DNA from: a virus
Lineage: Duplodnaviria; Caudoviricetes
Direction: 5' to 3' (one strand)
IMG/VR virus record: IMGVR_UViG_3300020045_001829
Span: 1 to 36,934 of that record
Length of the DNA stretch: 36,934 bases
The position numbers and the translations under genes were made by a program. Shown here piece after piece: positions 17,502 through 26,170 of this stretch. The stretch's first letter is position 1. Every line of letters begins with the position of its first letter. The notes under the pieces are model-generated. The model saw nothing but the letters and a program-made list of their open reading frames with translations. It was not told where the DNA came from and searched no databases.

Positions 17502-18149
17502 CTATTTTTTGACAGGTTTAACAATCTGAAGTTTGCGTTTGTGAAAGATTTCGTTGAACACTTTGTCGCCGTGATATTGTTTCAATGAATCCTGTTCGTA
17601 ATACTTCCGAAGTTCTTCCAACGTATTCATCAACATGACCTGTTCGCGGATCGTTCCGAAATCGGTTTTGTTTGCTTCGGACATGCCTTCCATTTCGTCC
17701 GCCGGCGTTGATTCGAAACCGGCGGCGTTCATGATGAATCCAAGTAAATTCCGGTAAGCCTTCGCGATTGCGCGCGTTTGCGCCATCGACGCGACCGCGT
17801 ATTCGTCAAAGGATTTTTTCTTTTGTTCCAAGTTCGAACAGATCGCAAAGCCGGATCCGACCGGACGATCGTCAGACATGCGAACCAAACGACACGAACA
17901 TTTGTATTTGATTTCCTTTTCGTCAGACAGGTTGACCGGTTCGTCAACGATTGGGATGATTCCGAAGTTCACGCCGGCAAACTTCCATCCGTCAACGTAC
18001 ACATAAGATTTTCCCTGAATAATACACGACAATTTGTTGTCATCAATGAATCGTTTCAATGTTTTGGCGAATTCCATCACGTCCGCCGGATTGTTGATTT
18101 GCAATTGTGAAGGTGTGACGGAAGCGACCGTCATTTCGGTTGTTGTCAT
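17502..18149 (-). CDS. Putative single-strand annealing recombinase
   Basis: YVYVDGW, SMAQTRAIAKAYR and TPADEM motifs; adjacent to the exonuclease. Confidence 0.65.
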   Translation of the reverse strand: MTTTEMTVASVTPSQLQINNPADVMEFAKTLKRFIDDNKLSCIIQGKSYVYVDGWKFAGVNFGIIPIVDEPVNLSDEKEIKYKCSCRLVRMSDDRPVGSGFAICSNLEQKKKSFDEYAVASMAQTRAIAKAYRNLLGFIMNAAGFESTPADEMEGMSEANKTDFGTIREQVMLMNTLEELRKYYEQDSLKQYHGDKVFNEIFHKRKLQIVKPVKK

Positions 18150-18153
18150 TTGA

Positions 18154-18249
18154 TTAATTGTTTTTAAGTGTTTGAATGATGTTGAAATATTCCGACGCGG
18201 TGATTTCCGTCATGCCGAAATAATATTTGCCCTGAAATTCGTATGCCAT
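18154..18249 (-). CDS. Small hypothetical protein (31 aa, MAYEFQGKYY...)
   Basis: Hand-translated; fills the gap with 4-nt spacings. Confidence 0.45.
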   Translation of the reverse strand: MAYEFQGKYYFGMTEITASEYFNIIQTLKNN

Positions 18250-18253
18250 AAAT

Positions 18254-18394
18254 TTACAAAATTTTATCAATGTTTGACTTCTTTATCAAATAATTGTTGC
18301 CGCGATTGTCCTGAAGGCGGATGTAATTTATTCCGATCCAAACGGTTCGCATTGCGCGACCGTATTTGTCAATAAACGGTTTCAATTTTTTCAT
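18254..18394 (-). CDS. Small hypothetical protein (46 aa, MKKLKPFIDK...)
   Basis: Hand-translated; ATGA overlap with the upstream stop. Confidence 0.55.
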   Translation of the reverse strand: MKKLKPFIDKYGRAMRTVWIGINYIRLQDNRGNNYLIKKSNIDKIL

Positions 18395-18654
18395 GACAAT
18401 ACGTTTTTGACAGGTTGGTTCATTTCAAGTTCGGCGCGTTGTTGGATTTCGGCGTCAACCAACGGCGCGGTTTGTCGCGTCATGGTGATGATGTAGTTTT
18501 CAAATGTTGCCGGAACCGTGTGAATGTCAACAAAACGACAAATCAAAATGATTTCATAAATTTCCTTCAGTTGTGACAAAGACAACATCGGAAGGAATGT
18601 TTTCAGGCGTTCCGGTTTCATCATCGCCAATTTTGCGTTCGTTGGAATCATCAT
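18391..18654 (-). CDS. Hypothetical protein (87 aa)
   Basis: ATGA-coupled early ORF. Confidence 0.65.
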   Translation of the reverse strand: MMIPTNAKLAMMKPERLKTFLPMLSLSQLKEIYEIILICRFVDIHTVPATFENYIITMTRQTAPLVDAEIQQRAELEMNQPVKNVLS

Positions 18655-18935
18655 TTCATTTCGGTTTTTAAGGTTTCAATTTTTTCTTTCCATTGTTTCA
18701 CCCAATCCGCCGAAGTTGAAATTGGAAAAACGGTGTGTTGTTCAATTAGGTATTCGAACGCGGCGATTTGATCTTTCGGATCCCTTCCGGCTTGCGATCC
18801 TTGAATATAGCCTGACAATGACGCGGCAAGATATGACGCGGTGAACGCCTTTGAAATCCAATCAATTTCTTTTTGTTTTTGATTCGAAATTTGTTCTTCA
18901 ATAGACTGAACAGTGTGTGTGTTTTCGTTTGCCAT
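18651..18935 (-). CDS. Hypothetical protein (94 aa)
   Basis: AAAAACAAAAATCATGG leader. Confidence 0.7.
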   Translation of the reverse strand: MANENTHTVQSIEEQISNQKQKEIDWISKAFTASYLAASLSGYIQGSQAGRDPKDQIAAFEYLIEQHTVFPISTSADWVKQWKEKIETLKTEMK

Positions 18936-18953
18936 GATTTTTGTTTTTGATTG

Positions 18954-19193
18954 TTAGTTGAAATATTCTTTTGATTCCTGTTCACACAAACGTTGAATGT
19001 CGTCGAACATGTCTTTCTTTATTCGTTTGGTGACGTTGCGACCGTTCAATCGTATTGACAGGATGTTCGCGTCCGCTTCGATCGAAGGCGTCAGGAAATC
19101 GCCGTGTGAAGGCGGAATCATTTCGAACGTGACCAACAACGACCGGATCCGACCGTTGGCGTTTTCTGTTTCGTAGTCAAGTGAACTTTTCAT
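18954..19193 (-). CDS. Hypothetical protein (79 aa)
   Basis: ATGA-coupled early ORF. Confidence 0.65.
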   Translation of the reverse strand: MKSSLDYETENANGRIRSLLVTFEMIPPSHGDFLTPSIEADANILSIRLNGRNVTKRIKKDMFDDIQRLCEQESKEYFN

Positions 19194-19495
19194 TTCGTCG
19201 CCTTTTCGATTGCGTTGTTCAATTCGTTTTGTCCGTACAAAATCCGGAAAACTTCATCGGTTGAAATGATTCCATTCGAAGAATAAAATCCGGTGTTGAT
19301 TCTGTTGATACGGTCGCGTAATATTAACAACGCCGCCAACATGTCCGGCGCGGCGGCAATCAATTTCGCGTGTTGTTCCTGTTCGTTGTTTACGGTTTGT
19401 TTGACTGACGCGATGTGTTCCGCGCCTGAAAATACATCGAATCCGGTTTTGCTGAATTCGAAATCCCAACTTCCTGAAGTGTGTTTGTTCGCCAT
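19190..19495 (-). CDS. Conserved phage hypothetical protein
   Basis: KHTSGSW...AKLIAAAPDML motif, widespread in phage early genes. Confidence 0.75.
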   Translation of the reverse strand: MANKHTSGSWDFEFSKTGFDVFSGAEHIASVKQTVNNEQEQHAKLIAAAPDMLAALLILRDRINRINTGFYSSNGIISTDEVFRILYGQNELNNAIEKATK

Positions 19496-19555
19496 GATTT
19501 TTGTTTTTTAATGCGGTGCGGTACTCGTTTCCTTTCCCGCACTCGCAAAAGTTAG

Positions 19556-19744
19556 TTAACCTTTTTCTCCTTCGTAGTTTTCATTATACCACCTTTCGTT
19601 CCATTCTTTATTGCATGAAGTACAAACCATGTAATAAATTCCGCTGTTGTCGTGCCAATTACTGACACCCTGTTTTTCTGTTTTACTGCTTTTGCAATGA
19701 GGGCAAAGAATGTTTTCCGTTTGCAGTTCGATTTCTTTTTTCAT
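19556..19744 (-). CDS. Zinc-ribbon protein (62 aa)
   Basis: CPHC...CTSCNKEW. Confidence 0.7.
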   Translation of the reverse strand: MKKEIELQTENILCPHCKSSKTEKQGVSNWHDNSGIYYMVCTSCNKEWNERWYNENYEGEKG

Positions 19745-19801
19745 TTTGCGAGTTTTTAATTGTTTGAATTATTCTGTAATAGTACGTACAAAAACAATAC
19801 A

Positions 19802-19818
19802 TTTTACACCGTGTAAAA
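19802..19818. promoter_or_regulatory. Palindromic operator (copy 2)
   Basis: TTTTACACCGTGTAAAA, perfect 8-bp arms, upstream of the early operon. Confidence 0.7.
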
Positions 19819-19865
19819 ATAAAAGTCGTAAGTGTTTGAATTTCAAAGGAATAATTTTATTGTGA

Positions 19866-20063
19866 TTAAGCCAATTCGGTCAATAAACGGTGTTTTTTCA
19901 GCACCTGAATTTCCGTGAACGTGAAATCGTTTTCACGGATTTTTCGATATAATGTCGGACGCGATATGTTCAGCAACCGCGCGATTCGTGTCTTTGTCGT
20001 CTGTGATACGGTTGCTTTTTTAATCGAACCGGAAACGTTTTGAATGATGAATTCTTCAGCCAT
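19866..20063 (-). CDS. Small HTH regulator (Cro/Fis-like)
   Basis: KTRIARLLNISRPTLYRKI; start moved to MAEEFI. Confidence 0.8.
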   Translation of the reverse strand: MAEEFIIQNVSGSIKKATVSQTTKTRIARLLNISRPTLYRKIRENDFTFTEIQVLKKHRLLTELA

Positions 20064-20068
20064 GTCCG

Positions 20069-20099
20069 CAAATGTAGTAAATCTTTTACAACATGTAAA
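20069..20099 (-). promoter_or_regulatory. -7 promoter TACATTTG (20069-20076) with operator copy 3 (20085-20099)
   Basis: Exact TAnnTTTG 5 nt before the ATG; TTTACAACATGTAAA just upstream. Confidence 0.65.
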
Positions 20100-20111
20100 C
20101 GCGCGAAGCAA

Positions 20112-20675
20112 TTATTTTTTCCGTGTTGATATTTTGGCGAAATATCCAACAGTCAGGTTCCGTTCACCCGACAACAAATCGGTTCCAACGGTCAACACGT
20201 TTTCGCGCTTTGTGAGCAATGCAACGGAAGGTGTGAAGGAAACGTCCGACGCAAGACCGATCGTCGTTCCAACGAACAATTTGACGCGTTTTTCGGGCGG
20301 TTTGGTGATGATTGTTTCCTTCAGAACAGGAAAAAGGAATTTGTAGTTCATCCGGCGGTGAAAAACACGGTTCCGCGTGATCGAATCTTCAATGAAAACC
20401 GTCAATGAATCGTCCGTGATTGTGTCTTTCTGAAGATACGTTGACATGTATTCACGTACCAACGCGAACAATTGCGCGGAATCCAACTTCGGAATGACAG
20501 GCGATGAAATGAAAACCGGTTGCGTGGTGACGGTGTGTTCGGTTGTGTGTTCGGTTGTGTCGTAAAAGTAATTGTTCACAACGGATCCTTCGTCCTGAAC
20601 GACAGGTTGGAATTCTTTGAACAACACCCAAATCAACAGTCCGGCGGCAATGATCCAACCGATAAATTTGTTCAT
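20112..20675 (-). CDS. Putative spanin-like membrane protein
   Basis: N-terminal TM and beta-rich C-terminus; follows the endolysin. Confidence 0.5.
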   Translation of the reverse strand: MNKFIGWIIAAGLLIWVLFKEFQPVVQDEGSVVNNYFYDTTEHTTEHTVTTQPVFISSPVIPKLDSAQLFALVREYMSTYLQKDTITDDSLTVFIEDSITRNRVFHRRMNYKFLFPVLKETIITKPPEKRVKLFVGTTIGLASDVSFTPSVALLTKRENVLTVGTDLLSGERNLTVGYFAKISTRKK

Positions 20676-21058
20676 GAAATTTGAATGTAAACCTTTTCTT
20701 TCTTGATGACCTGATTCAATTTTTGCATGAATAGATTCATTGTCATCCGGCTATTTTCAACCGTGTCACCTTTGCGCCTTCCAAGCAAAATACAACCTTC
20801 CGTGTCCGCGATTGTGTTTCCGCTATGAATCCGGACGCCTTCGAAGTTCGGAACATTGACAAGTAACGGAAGCAATTTTTTGAACCTGTTCGAATAGGAA
20901 ATGACGATTTCGTAATTGCCGGAAGGAATCGCCGTTTTTCCGGCAATCTTTTCGATCCTGATTGCGTCTTCCAACGTGTCACACGTGAAGTCGTCAAAGG
21001 TAAGTTTCCCGATCGTTGTGTCGTTCACGGTCCGATTCCTTTTCAGTTCGATGTTCAT
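20672..21058 (-). CDS. DUF5675-family putative endolysin (L,D-transpeptidase-like)
   Basis: TAIPSGNY, GVRIHSGNTIADTEGCILLG. Confidence 0.85.
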   Translation of the reverse strand: MNIELKRNRTVNDTTIGKLTFDDFTCDTLEDAIRIEKIAGKTAIPSGNYEIVISYSNRFKKLLPLLVNVPNFEGVRIHSGNTIADTEGCILLGRRKGDTVENSRMTMNLFMQKLNQVIKKEKVYIQIS

Positions 21059-21249
21059 TTCTTCTTTTTTGGCGCGTATTCAGCCGACGCGAAGATTTGT
21101 TGCAAACGCCTGAATTGCTTTTCGGAAATCGGTTTCACAAACGATTCATTTCCGGTTGCAACCTTTTGACCGTTCGCACCAATCAGACGCCAATAATTTT
21201 TGCCGTTCTTTTTTGATTTGTACGGAACGAATTTCGGAACACGTTTCAT
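21055..21249 (-). CDS. YegP/DUF1508-like protein
   Basis: KSKKNGKNYWRLIGANGQKVATGNESF. Confidence 0.75.
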   Translation of the reverse strand: MKRVPKFVPYKSKKNGKNYWRLIGANGQKVATGNESFVKPISEKQFRRLQQIFASAEYAPKKKK

Positions 21250-21515
21250 GATCCGATTTTTTTAGTTGACATCATGTCCTGAAAACGGTCAACAATTCCG
21301 TTCGCGGAATATCCAAGAAACAACGCTGCGACTCTATCTTCAACGTATCCGATATAGACCAGTGCATACATGATCAAGCATGTTAAAATAACATTATACC
21401 AATTGTCTTTGATCCAATACCAAAGACTGAAATTCTGAATCCGCTTCGCGCGGTATTCCATCAAGAAATAAACAAGCGCGCCGAGCGCGACAGCAATAAT
21501 CAATTCTTTTGTCAT
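21246..21515 (-). CDS. Putative holin
   Basis: 2-3 TM segments, basic C-terminus, upstream of the endolysin. Confidence 0.6.
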   Translation of the reverse strand: MTKELIIAVALGALVYFLMEYRAKRIQNFSLWYWIKDNWYNVILTCLIMYALVYIGYVEDRVAALFLGYSANGIVDRFQDMMSTKKIGS

Positions 21516-21700
21516 TTTGGTTTTTGTTTTTGTTGGTGAATTTTTTGTTCTATCTGTTCAAATTTAATTTTCGCACACGCCGCCGAATCTTCCAATTGTT
21601 TCAACTTCGCAACCATTGTGTCAGGCTGTTGATTTTGTTCCGTCTTTTGTGCGAACACACTAATTGTCAAGCAAAGAAATAATGCGATCCGCTTTGTCAT
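21512..21700 (-). CDS. Small secreted coiled-coil protein
   Basis: Signal peptide MTKRIALFLCLTISVFA. Confidence 0.5.
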   Translation of the reverse strand: MTKRIALFLCLTISVFAQKTEQNQQPDTMVAKLKQLEDSAACAKIKFEQIEQKIHQQKQKPK

Positions 21701-21905
21701 TGGTTTCCTTCATTTCGTTTTGCAATTGTGTCAGACGGTAGTCAATCAATTTAACGTCGTGCTTTTCAAGGATGTTGTTCACCTCGTTGAACTTTGCCTG
21801 AAGTGTGTCAATCTGTGCTTTCATTGTGTAATAAAGACCGGCAATTGACAACGCCCAACAAACAACAATGACGACCTGTTGAATTGATATTTTTATCTTT
21901 TCCAT
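21660..21905 (-). CDS. Single-TM coiled-coil protein
   Basis: N-terminal TM followed by heptads. Confidence 0.65.
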   Translation of the reverse strand: MEKIKISIQQVVIVVCWALSIAGLYYTMKAQIDTLQAKFNEVNNILEKHDVKLIDYRLTQLQNEMKETNDKADRIISLLDN

Positions 21906-22177
21906 TATTCGCTTAACAGGATATTAAACAACCGCGAATGTTCATCGGCGTCTTTTTTCATATTGTCGTTCAGGTTGGATTCAATCCGGTCAACCTTCTT
22001 TTCGTTTTCCGTGATCCGGTGTTCGTGAATTTCAACCTTCGTTTGTGTGTCGTCAATCTTTTCAAGGATCGCAACGGTCTTGTTGTAAACACCGGCAAGA
22101 ATCAACGTCATTAACGTCCTGAAGACAAACGTTGAAACGGAATCCAATTGGCTCTTTCTTTGTGGTGTCATAAACAT
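21905..22177 (-). CDS. Single-TM coiled-coil protein
   Basis: Hydrophobic segment then coiled coil (VEIHEHRITENEKK). Confidence 0.65.
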   Translation of the reverse strand: MFMTPQRKSQLDSVSTFVFRTLMTLILAGVYNKTVAILEKIDDTQTKVEIHEHRITENEKKVDRIESNLNDNMKKDADEHSRLFNILLSE

Positions 22178-22210
22178 CCAAACGGTTTTATCTTTTTCCG
22201 AATCTGAATG

Positions 22211-22945
22211 TTAGTTTTTTTTTGGCGGTTTGCCTGTTGTCTTTGCCGGTGCGCTTAATGTTGGCGCGGCTATTGCCGGCGCGACAACCGGCGCGGTGAC
22301 CGGCGCGCCTTCACTTACGCATGGCGGAAGAATATAGGGCAACGTCGAAACGGTGACCTGTTTTGATATGGTAATCATTCCGCCGGTTTGCGTGTCATTG
22401 TAATAGTTCAAACAAATGTCGATTTGTTTTTTCTTTCCGTCAGCCGCCAAACCGCAACCAAAGGATCCGTCGTAAGGCGGTGAATTGTATTGCACAAGCG
22501 ATTCAAGATAACCGGCAATGTCATTCGCACCGAAGAACCATTTGTTGTAAGGAAACGAATAAGTCGTTCCGACAACAGGCGTCCAAATACACGAAATCCA
22601 TGCGCCAAACCAACGACCGCGCAACGTGTTCACATAACGAACCGATTTTTTGTCCTCACAATAGTTCAATGACGGAATGTAGGAATAATGATGCCAACCG
22701 GAATCTGAATACACTTGCCAATCCGGAACCATTCCGCCGTTTGCCAAATCCGGCACGAATCCGTAAGTGATACCGACGTTTGTTGCGCCGATGTATTGCA
22801 TTCCATTCGGAATTGAATTGAACTTTACGTCAATCCCTGTTCCGGTTGCCGTGACTGAAACATCAAATTGACTTGACGTGTACTGACTTTTCGCCGTTGC
22901 TGTAATCAGCACGAACGCGATAAATAACTTTAAGAAATTTTTCAT
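22211..22945 (-). CDS. Secreted protein of unknown function
   Basis: Sec signal peptide, aromatic/Cys-containing body, Pro/Ala/Lys tail. Confidence 0.7.
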   Translation of the reverse strand: MKNFLKLFIAFVLITATAKSQYTSSQFDVSVTATGTGIDVKFNSIPNGMQYIGATNVGITYGFVPDLANGGMVPDWQVYSDSGWHHYSYIPSLNYCEDKKSVRYVNTLRGRWFGAWISCIWTPVVGTTYSFPYNKWFFGANDIAGYLESLVQYNSPPYDGSFGCGLAADGKKKQIDICLNYYNDTQTGGMITISKQVTVSTLPYILPPCVSEGAPVTAPVVAPAIAAPTLSAPAKTTGKPPKKN

Positions 22946-22979
22946 GTGGTTTGAGTTTTAGTGTTAAATTTATTTTGGT

Positions 22980-23561
22980 TTATTGAATTACAACTTGAAT
23001 ATCGTCACAACAATCGTCGTCATAAAATTTTTTGTTCGCATTTCCGCCAATCGCCGAAATCCGGATTTGACCTTTGCGCCGTTTTGACGAACCGTACCAC
23101 AACGGATAGGTTGACGCGTGGTGATTCAAATATCTTCGAACGCGGTCTTGATATACCAACGCCGCCGATTTCGATTGACCAATCATCCGCGCAATGGTTT
23201 TTTCGGAAGCCGGTTCGCTGAAGTCGGTTTGTTTGGTGACAAAGCCGTGTTTCGTTGAATGTGTTCCACTCATTGCCGCGTATCTTGCAAAGGTGAAATA
23301 AGCCAACACCGGAACGATTCCTTCGTGACGATATGTTCGTCCGTTGTATGTGTATTCCGTGCCGTTGTATAAATCAAGATAAGTTTCAAGTGACGGTGAC
23401 GCTTCAAAGTCGGCAACCAAATCAAGATAAAGGTCATCACCCAAAAACGGACGCAAATCAAATTCTTCGGCTTCCAAAATATACGGATCCAATTGTTTGA
23501 CGGTGTTCAAATTTGTCGTCAGACTTTTAAATAATTGTATTTGTTCAAGCGATATCAGCAT
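22980..23561 (-). CDS. Head-tail adaptor (DUF6712-like)
   Basis: PYILEAEEFDLRPFLGDDLY...LAYFTFARY; follows the portal. Confidence 0.65.
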   Translation of the reverse strand: MLISLEQIQLFKSLTTNLNTVKQLDPYILEAEEFDLRPFLGDDLYLDLVADFEASPSLETYLDLYNGTEYTYNGRTYRHEGIVPVLAYFTFARYAAMSGTHSTKHGFVTKQTDFSEPASEKTIARMIGQSKSAALVYQDRVRRYLNHHASTYPLWYGSSKRRKGQIRISAIGGNANKKFYDDDCCDDIQVVIQ

Positions 23562-24900
23562 TCGGAAAGATTGTTTTGATTTGTTCGTCGTTCAAATTGA
23601 ATAATACTTTCAGCGTTCCGCGTTTTTGTTCCGGTGTCATGGTCGTGTCATTCACGACAGCAATGAACGCCGTTGTTCCGCCAACCTGAAGTTTTTCCGC
23701 CAACGTTTTCGCGTCGCCTTCCGTGATTTCAGGAAAACCGGCAATCGAACGCCGTTCGTTCTTTGTCAGGTCGGGATAAATTTCCGTTGGAATATCTTCC
23801 TTCCGTATTGACGAACGCGGTTCAATACTGAAATCATCGCCAAGCGGACGGACGTAAAAATAAGCCAATCCGGCGAAGACCTCTTCAATCAAAATTCGTT
23901 CGTCTTCCGTGATCGAATTGTATTGTTTATTCGCGTCGATGATTTCTGAAGCCTGACCAAGTTTTCCGGCGGTTGCCTGAAGCAATACCGGCGGAATCAA
24001 AAACGCCTGACGGATGTTTTCGCGAACCGAATTTTCAGTCCATTGGAACAACGTGTCGCCGTTTTGCTGATCGACCTTTTTCAAATCGAATGTTTGGTCG
24101 TGCGAATCCTTTTCGACATGCATGATTTTTCCGGCTTCGTCGGATCCCTGAAATTCACGCAACGATTCAATGAAAGTGTTTTTTTCGTTCGATTCGTTTT
24201 CTGAATTGTTGGATTCCATTTTGTCCGTGAACAAAATGTGCGAAGCCATGAAATTTGTTGTGATGTTCCTGAATTTGTAAGTCTTCGTTTGCGCGTCCGT
24301 TTGCATATCTTCCAAAGCCGCGTCATAAATCGGAAGCGGATATTGGTCTTCGTTGTTGGATATGTATAAAATTTGTCCTTTGTATGACGACCAACCGCCG
24401 GATTTTTCAACCTGTTCCTGAATGATTACAGGATCCGTCGTGAACTTGTCGATGTACGTGATTTTATTCTTCGATGAAACGCGCGCCGTCCAATCCTTAC
24501 AAACGGCATACATTCCGGCGTTTTCTGATTCGGGCAATGTGAATCGCACATGTGACAACGGTTGAAAAGAAATGTCCGTGATTTTGTAGTCGGCATTGTA
24601 ATTCACATGCAAACAAAAACCGCCGTGATACGCGAAGTTTTCGGACAACAACGACAATATCTTGTCGGACGTGTCATTCCAACGGTTCAATTTTGTGTTC
24701 GCAAATTCAAGGTTCGCGAATCCTTTTCCGAAGATATACTTCCGGTATGTCGTGACACACGTCTTTGCAATGGTTGAATTCGAAACAATGTCGCGTGAAC
24801 GTTCCGGATAAAGGTTGTCGATGTCATACGACAAGATTCCTTCGGCGCGGCGTTCTTTTACCGTGATCCGTTTTTCAACTTTGGTGATTGTCGCCTTCAA
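23545..24900 (-). CDS. Portal protein
   Basis: 451 aa; DNLYP, YIFGKGF, YPLPIY, FQGSDEAGKI and AFLIPPVL motifs; TTG start. Confidence 0.8.
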   Translation of the reverse strand: MKATITKVEKRITVKERRAEGILSYDIDNLYPERSRDIVSNSTIAKTCVTTYRKYIFGKGFANLEFANTKLNRWNDTSDKILSLLSENFAYHGGFCLHVNYNADYKITDISFQPLSHVRFTLPESENAGMYAVCKDWTARVSSKNKITYIDKFTTDPVIIQEQVEKSGGWSSYKGQILYISNNEDQYPLPIYDAALEDMQTDAQTKTYKFRNITTNFMASHILFTDKMESNNSENESNEKNTFIESLREFQGSDEAGKIMHVEKDSHDQTFDLKKVDQQNGDTLFQWTENSVRENIRQAFLIPPVLLQATAGKLGQASEIIDANKQYNSITEDERILIEEVFAGLAYFYVRPLGDDFSIEPRSSIRKEDIPTEIYPDLTKNERRSIAGFPEITEGDAKTLAEKLQVGGTTAFIAVVNDTTMTPEQKRGTLKVLFNLNDEQIKTIFPNADIA

Positions 24901-24903
24901 TGT

Positions 24904-25470
24904 TTATTTTGTTTTTTCAAATAACAAATCAACAAGTTCAGATTTTTTCATCTTCGCGAAAACGTCCGCGTCAATTTCAAGGTTTTCACAAATGGTTCGC
25001 AATTCGGGAGTCGTTTTCGCTTCCAAATTTTTACGCCTCAATTCATTGATGTCAAGGTCGTCAGCGGTTTCAGGTTCAACAACCGCAACCGGCGCGGACG
25101 CCTTTGACGGAACGCGTGAATTCCAATCTTCCGGAAATACTTCGAAATATTTAATCGCCGCCGGAACGCGCTTCAGCAATGCCGCCGCGTTCGCATTTGT
25201 CAGGTTCGCGTTGGTGATGACTTGCGACATACCGTGCAGCATGATTTTTTTTCCGGCTTTTAATTTATACAATAAGACTTCCATTTTTTTAGTTTTTAAC
25301 TTAGTGAAATATTGAACGATAGTGATGAAACAATTTCCGCAATTCGGTTGAAGTGAAACACCGGTTTCCCTTTTATATTCGCGCAACAACATCAACTTTT
25401 CATCATTCGACAATTTCCTTTTGTCAAAAGCGCGATTCCCTATTTCAACAATGGTGTCAACCGAATTCAT
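24904..25470 (-). CDS. Conserved head-region protein with CxxC and a C-terminal HeH/Rho-N-like helix pair
   Basis: CGNC, TNANLT and MKKSELVDLL motifs. Confidence 0.6.
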   Translation of the reverse strand: MNSVDTIVEIGNRAFDKRKLSNDEKLMLLREYKRETGVSLQPNCGNCFITIVQYFTKLKTKKMEVLLYKLKAGKKIMLHGMSQVITNANLTNANAAALLKRVPAAIKYFEVFPEDWNSRVPSKASAPVAVVEPETADDLDINELRRKNLEAKTTPELRTICENLEIDADVFAKMKKSELVDLLFEKTK

Positions 25471-25484
25471 GTTTGCAATGTATT

Positions 25485-25515
25485 AAAAAACGCCGCGATG
25501 TTGTCACGGCGTTTT
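25485..25515 (-). terminator. Rho-independent terminator after the capsid/tail-tube genes
   Basis: CGCCGTGA-CAACA-TCGCGGCG followed by T6 on the minus strand. Confidence 0.75.
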
Positions 25516-25545
25516 CACATTTTATCAAACAATGATTGTCAATTG

Positions 25546-26127
25546 TTATGAATACAGACCGTCAACGATTGCCTTTGATGTTGTGTAGTCCGTCAGGAAT
25601 ATGGTTGCCGGAAGATGACTTTCACGCGATTGTTCGCTTGACTTCACCGTCACGTCATACGCGCCTTGCGTGTCAGCGTTTGCCGGATCCCTTTCCAACA
25701 GTTCCAACACCAAACCGGAATCCAATCCGTAAACCTCAAACGCCGCTTCACCGTCATCGCCTTTGTAGTTGTTTTCCACAATTGCAACAACGCGACCTTT
25801 TGATAATTTCACCAATTCCGATTTGATTGTCGGATTCAATGAAAAGCATTTGAAGTTCACTTCATGTTCAAAGGATCCAAGAAAACGACCTTTGATGAAC
25901 GCCTGTTTTGGAAGAATCGAATTGTTGATTCCTTCAATTTGATATCCTGTCGCGCCTGAAGGAAGAACGATGTCTTCGATGATTTGCGAATTGGTGACAT
26001 TAACGGTGATTGCCGCGTCAATCCAATCGTCGTAATTTATCAGAATCAGGTTGTCACGTGTTCCGCCTTGAATCGGCGCGTCACAATTGACCGTGATATT
26101 CTGACTTATTCTTGCACATTCTGCCAT
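25546..26127 (-). CDS. Probable major tail tube protein
   Basis: 193 aa; VVAIVEN...FEVYGLDSGL motif; follows the capsid gene, before the terminator. Confidence 0.6.
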   Translation of the reverse strand: MAECARISQNITVNCDAPIQGGTRDNLILINYDDWIDAAITVNVTNSQIIEDIVLPSGATGYQIEGINNSILPKQAFIKGRFLGSFEHEVNFKCFSLNPTIKSELVKLSKGRVVAIVENNYKGDDGEAAFEVYGLDSGLVLELLERDPANADTQGAYDVTVKSSEQSRESHLPATIFLTDYTTSKAIVDGLYS

Positions 26128-26170
26128 TTGTTTTTATGTTTTTATTTCGTGAATATTTAGAATGTTCGAA

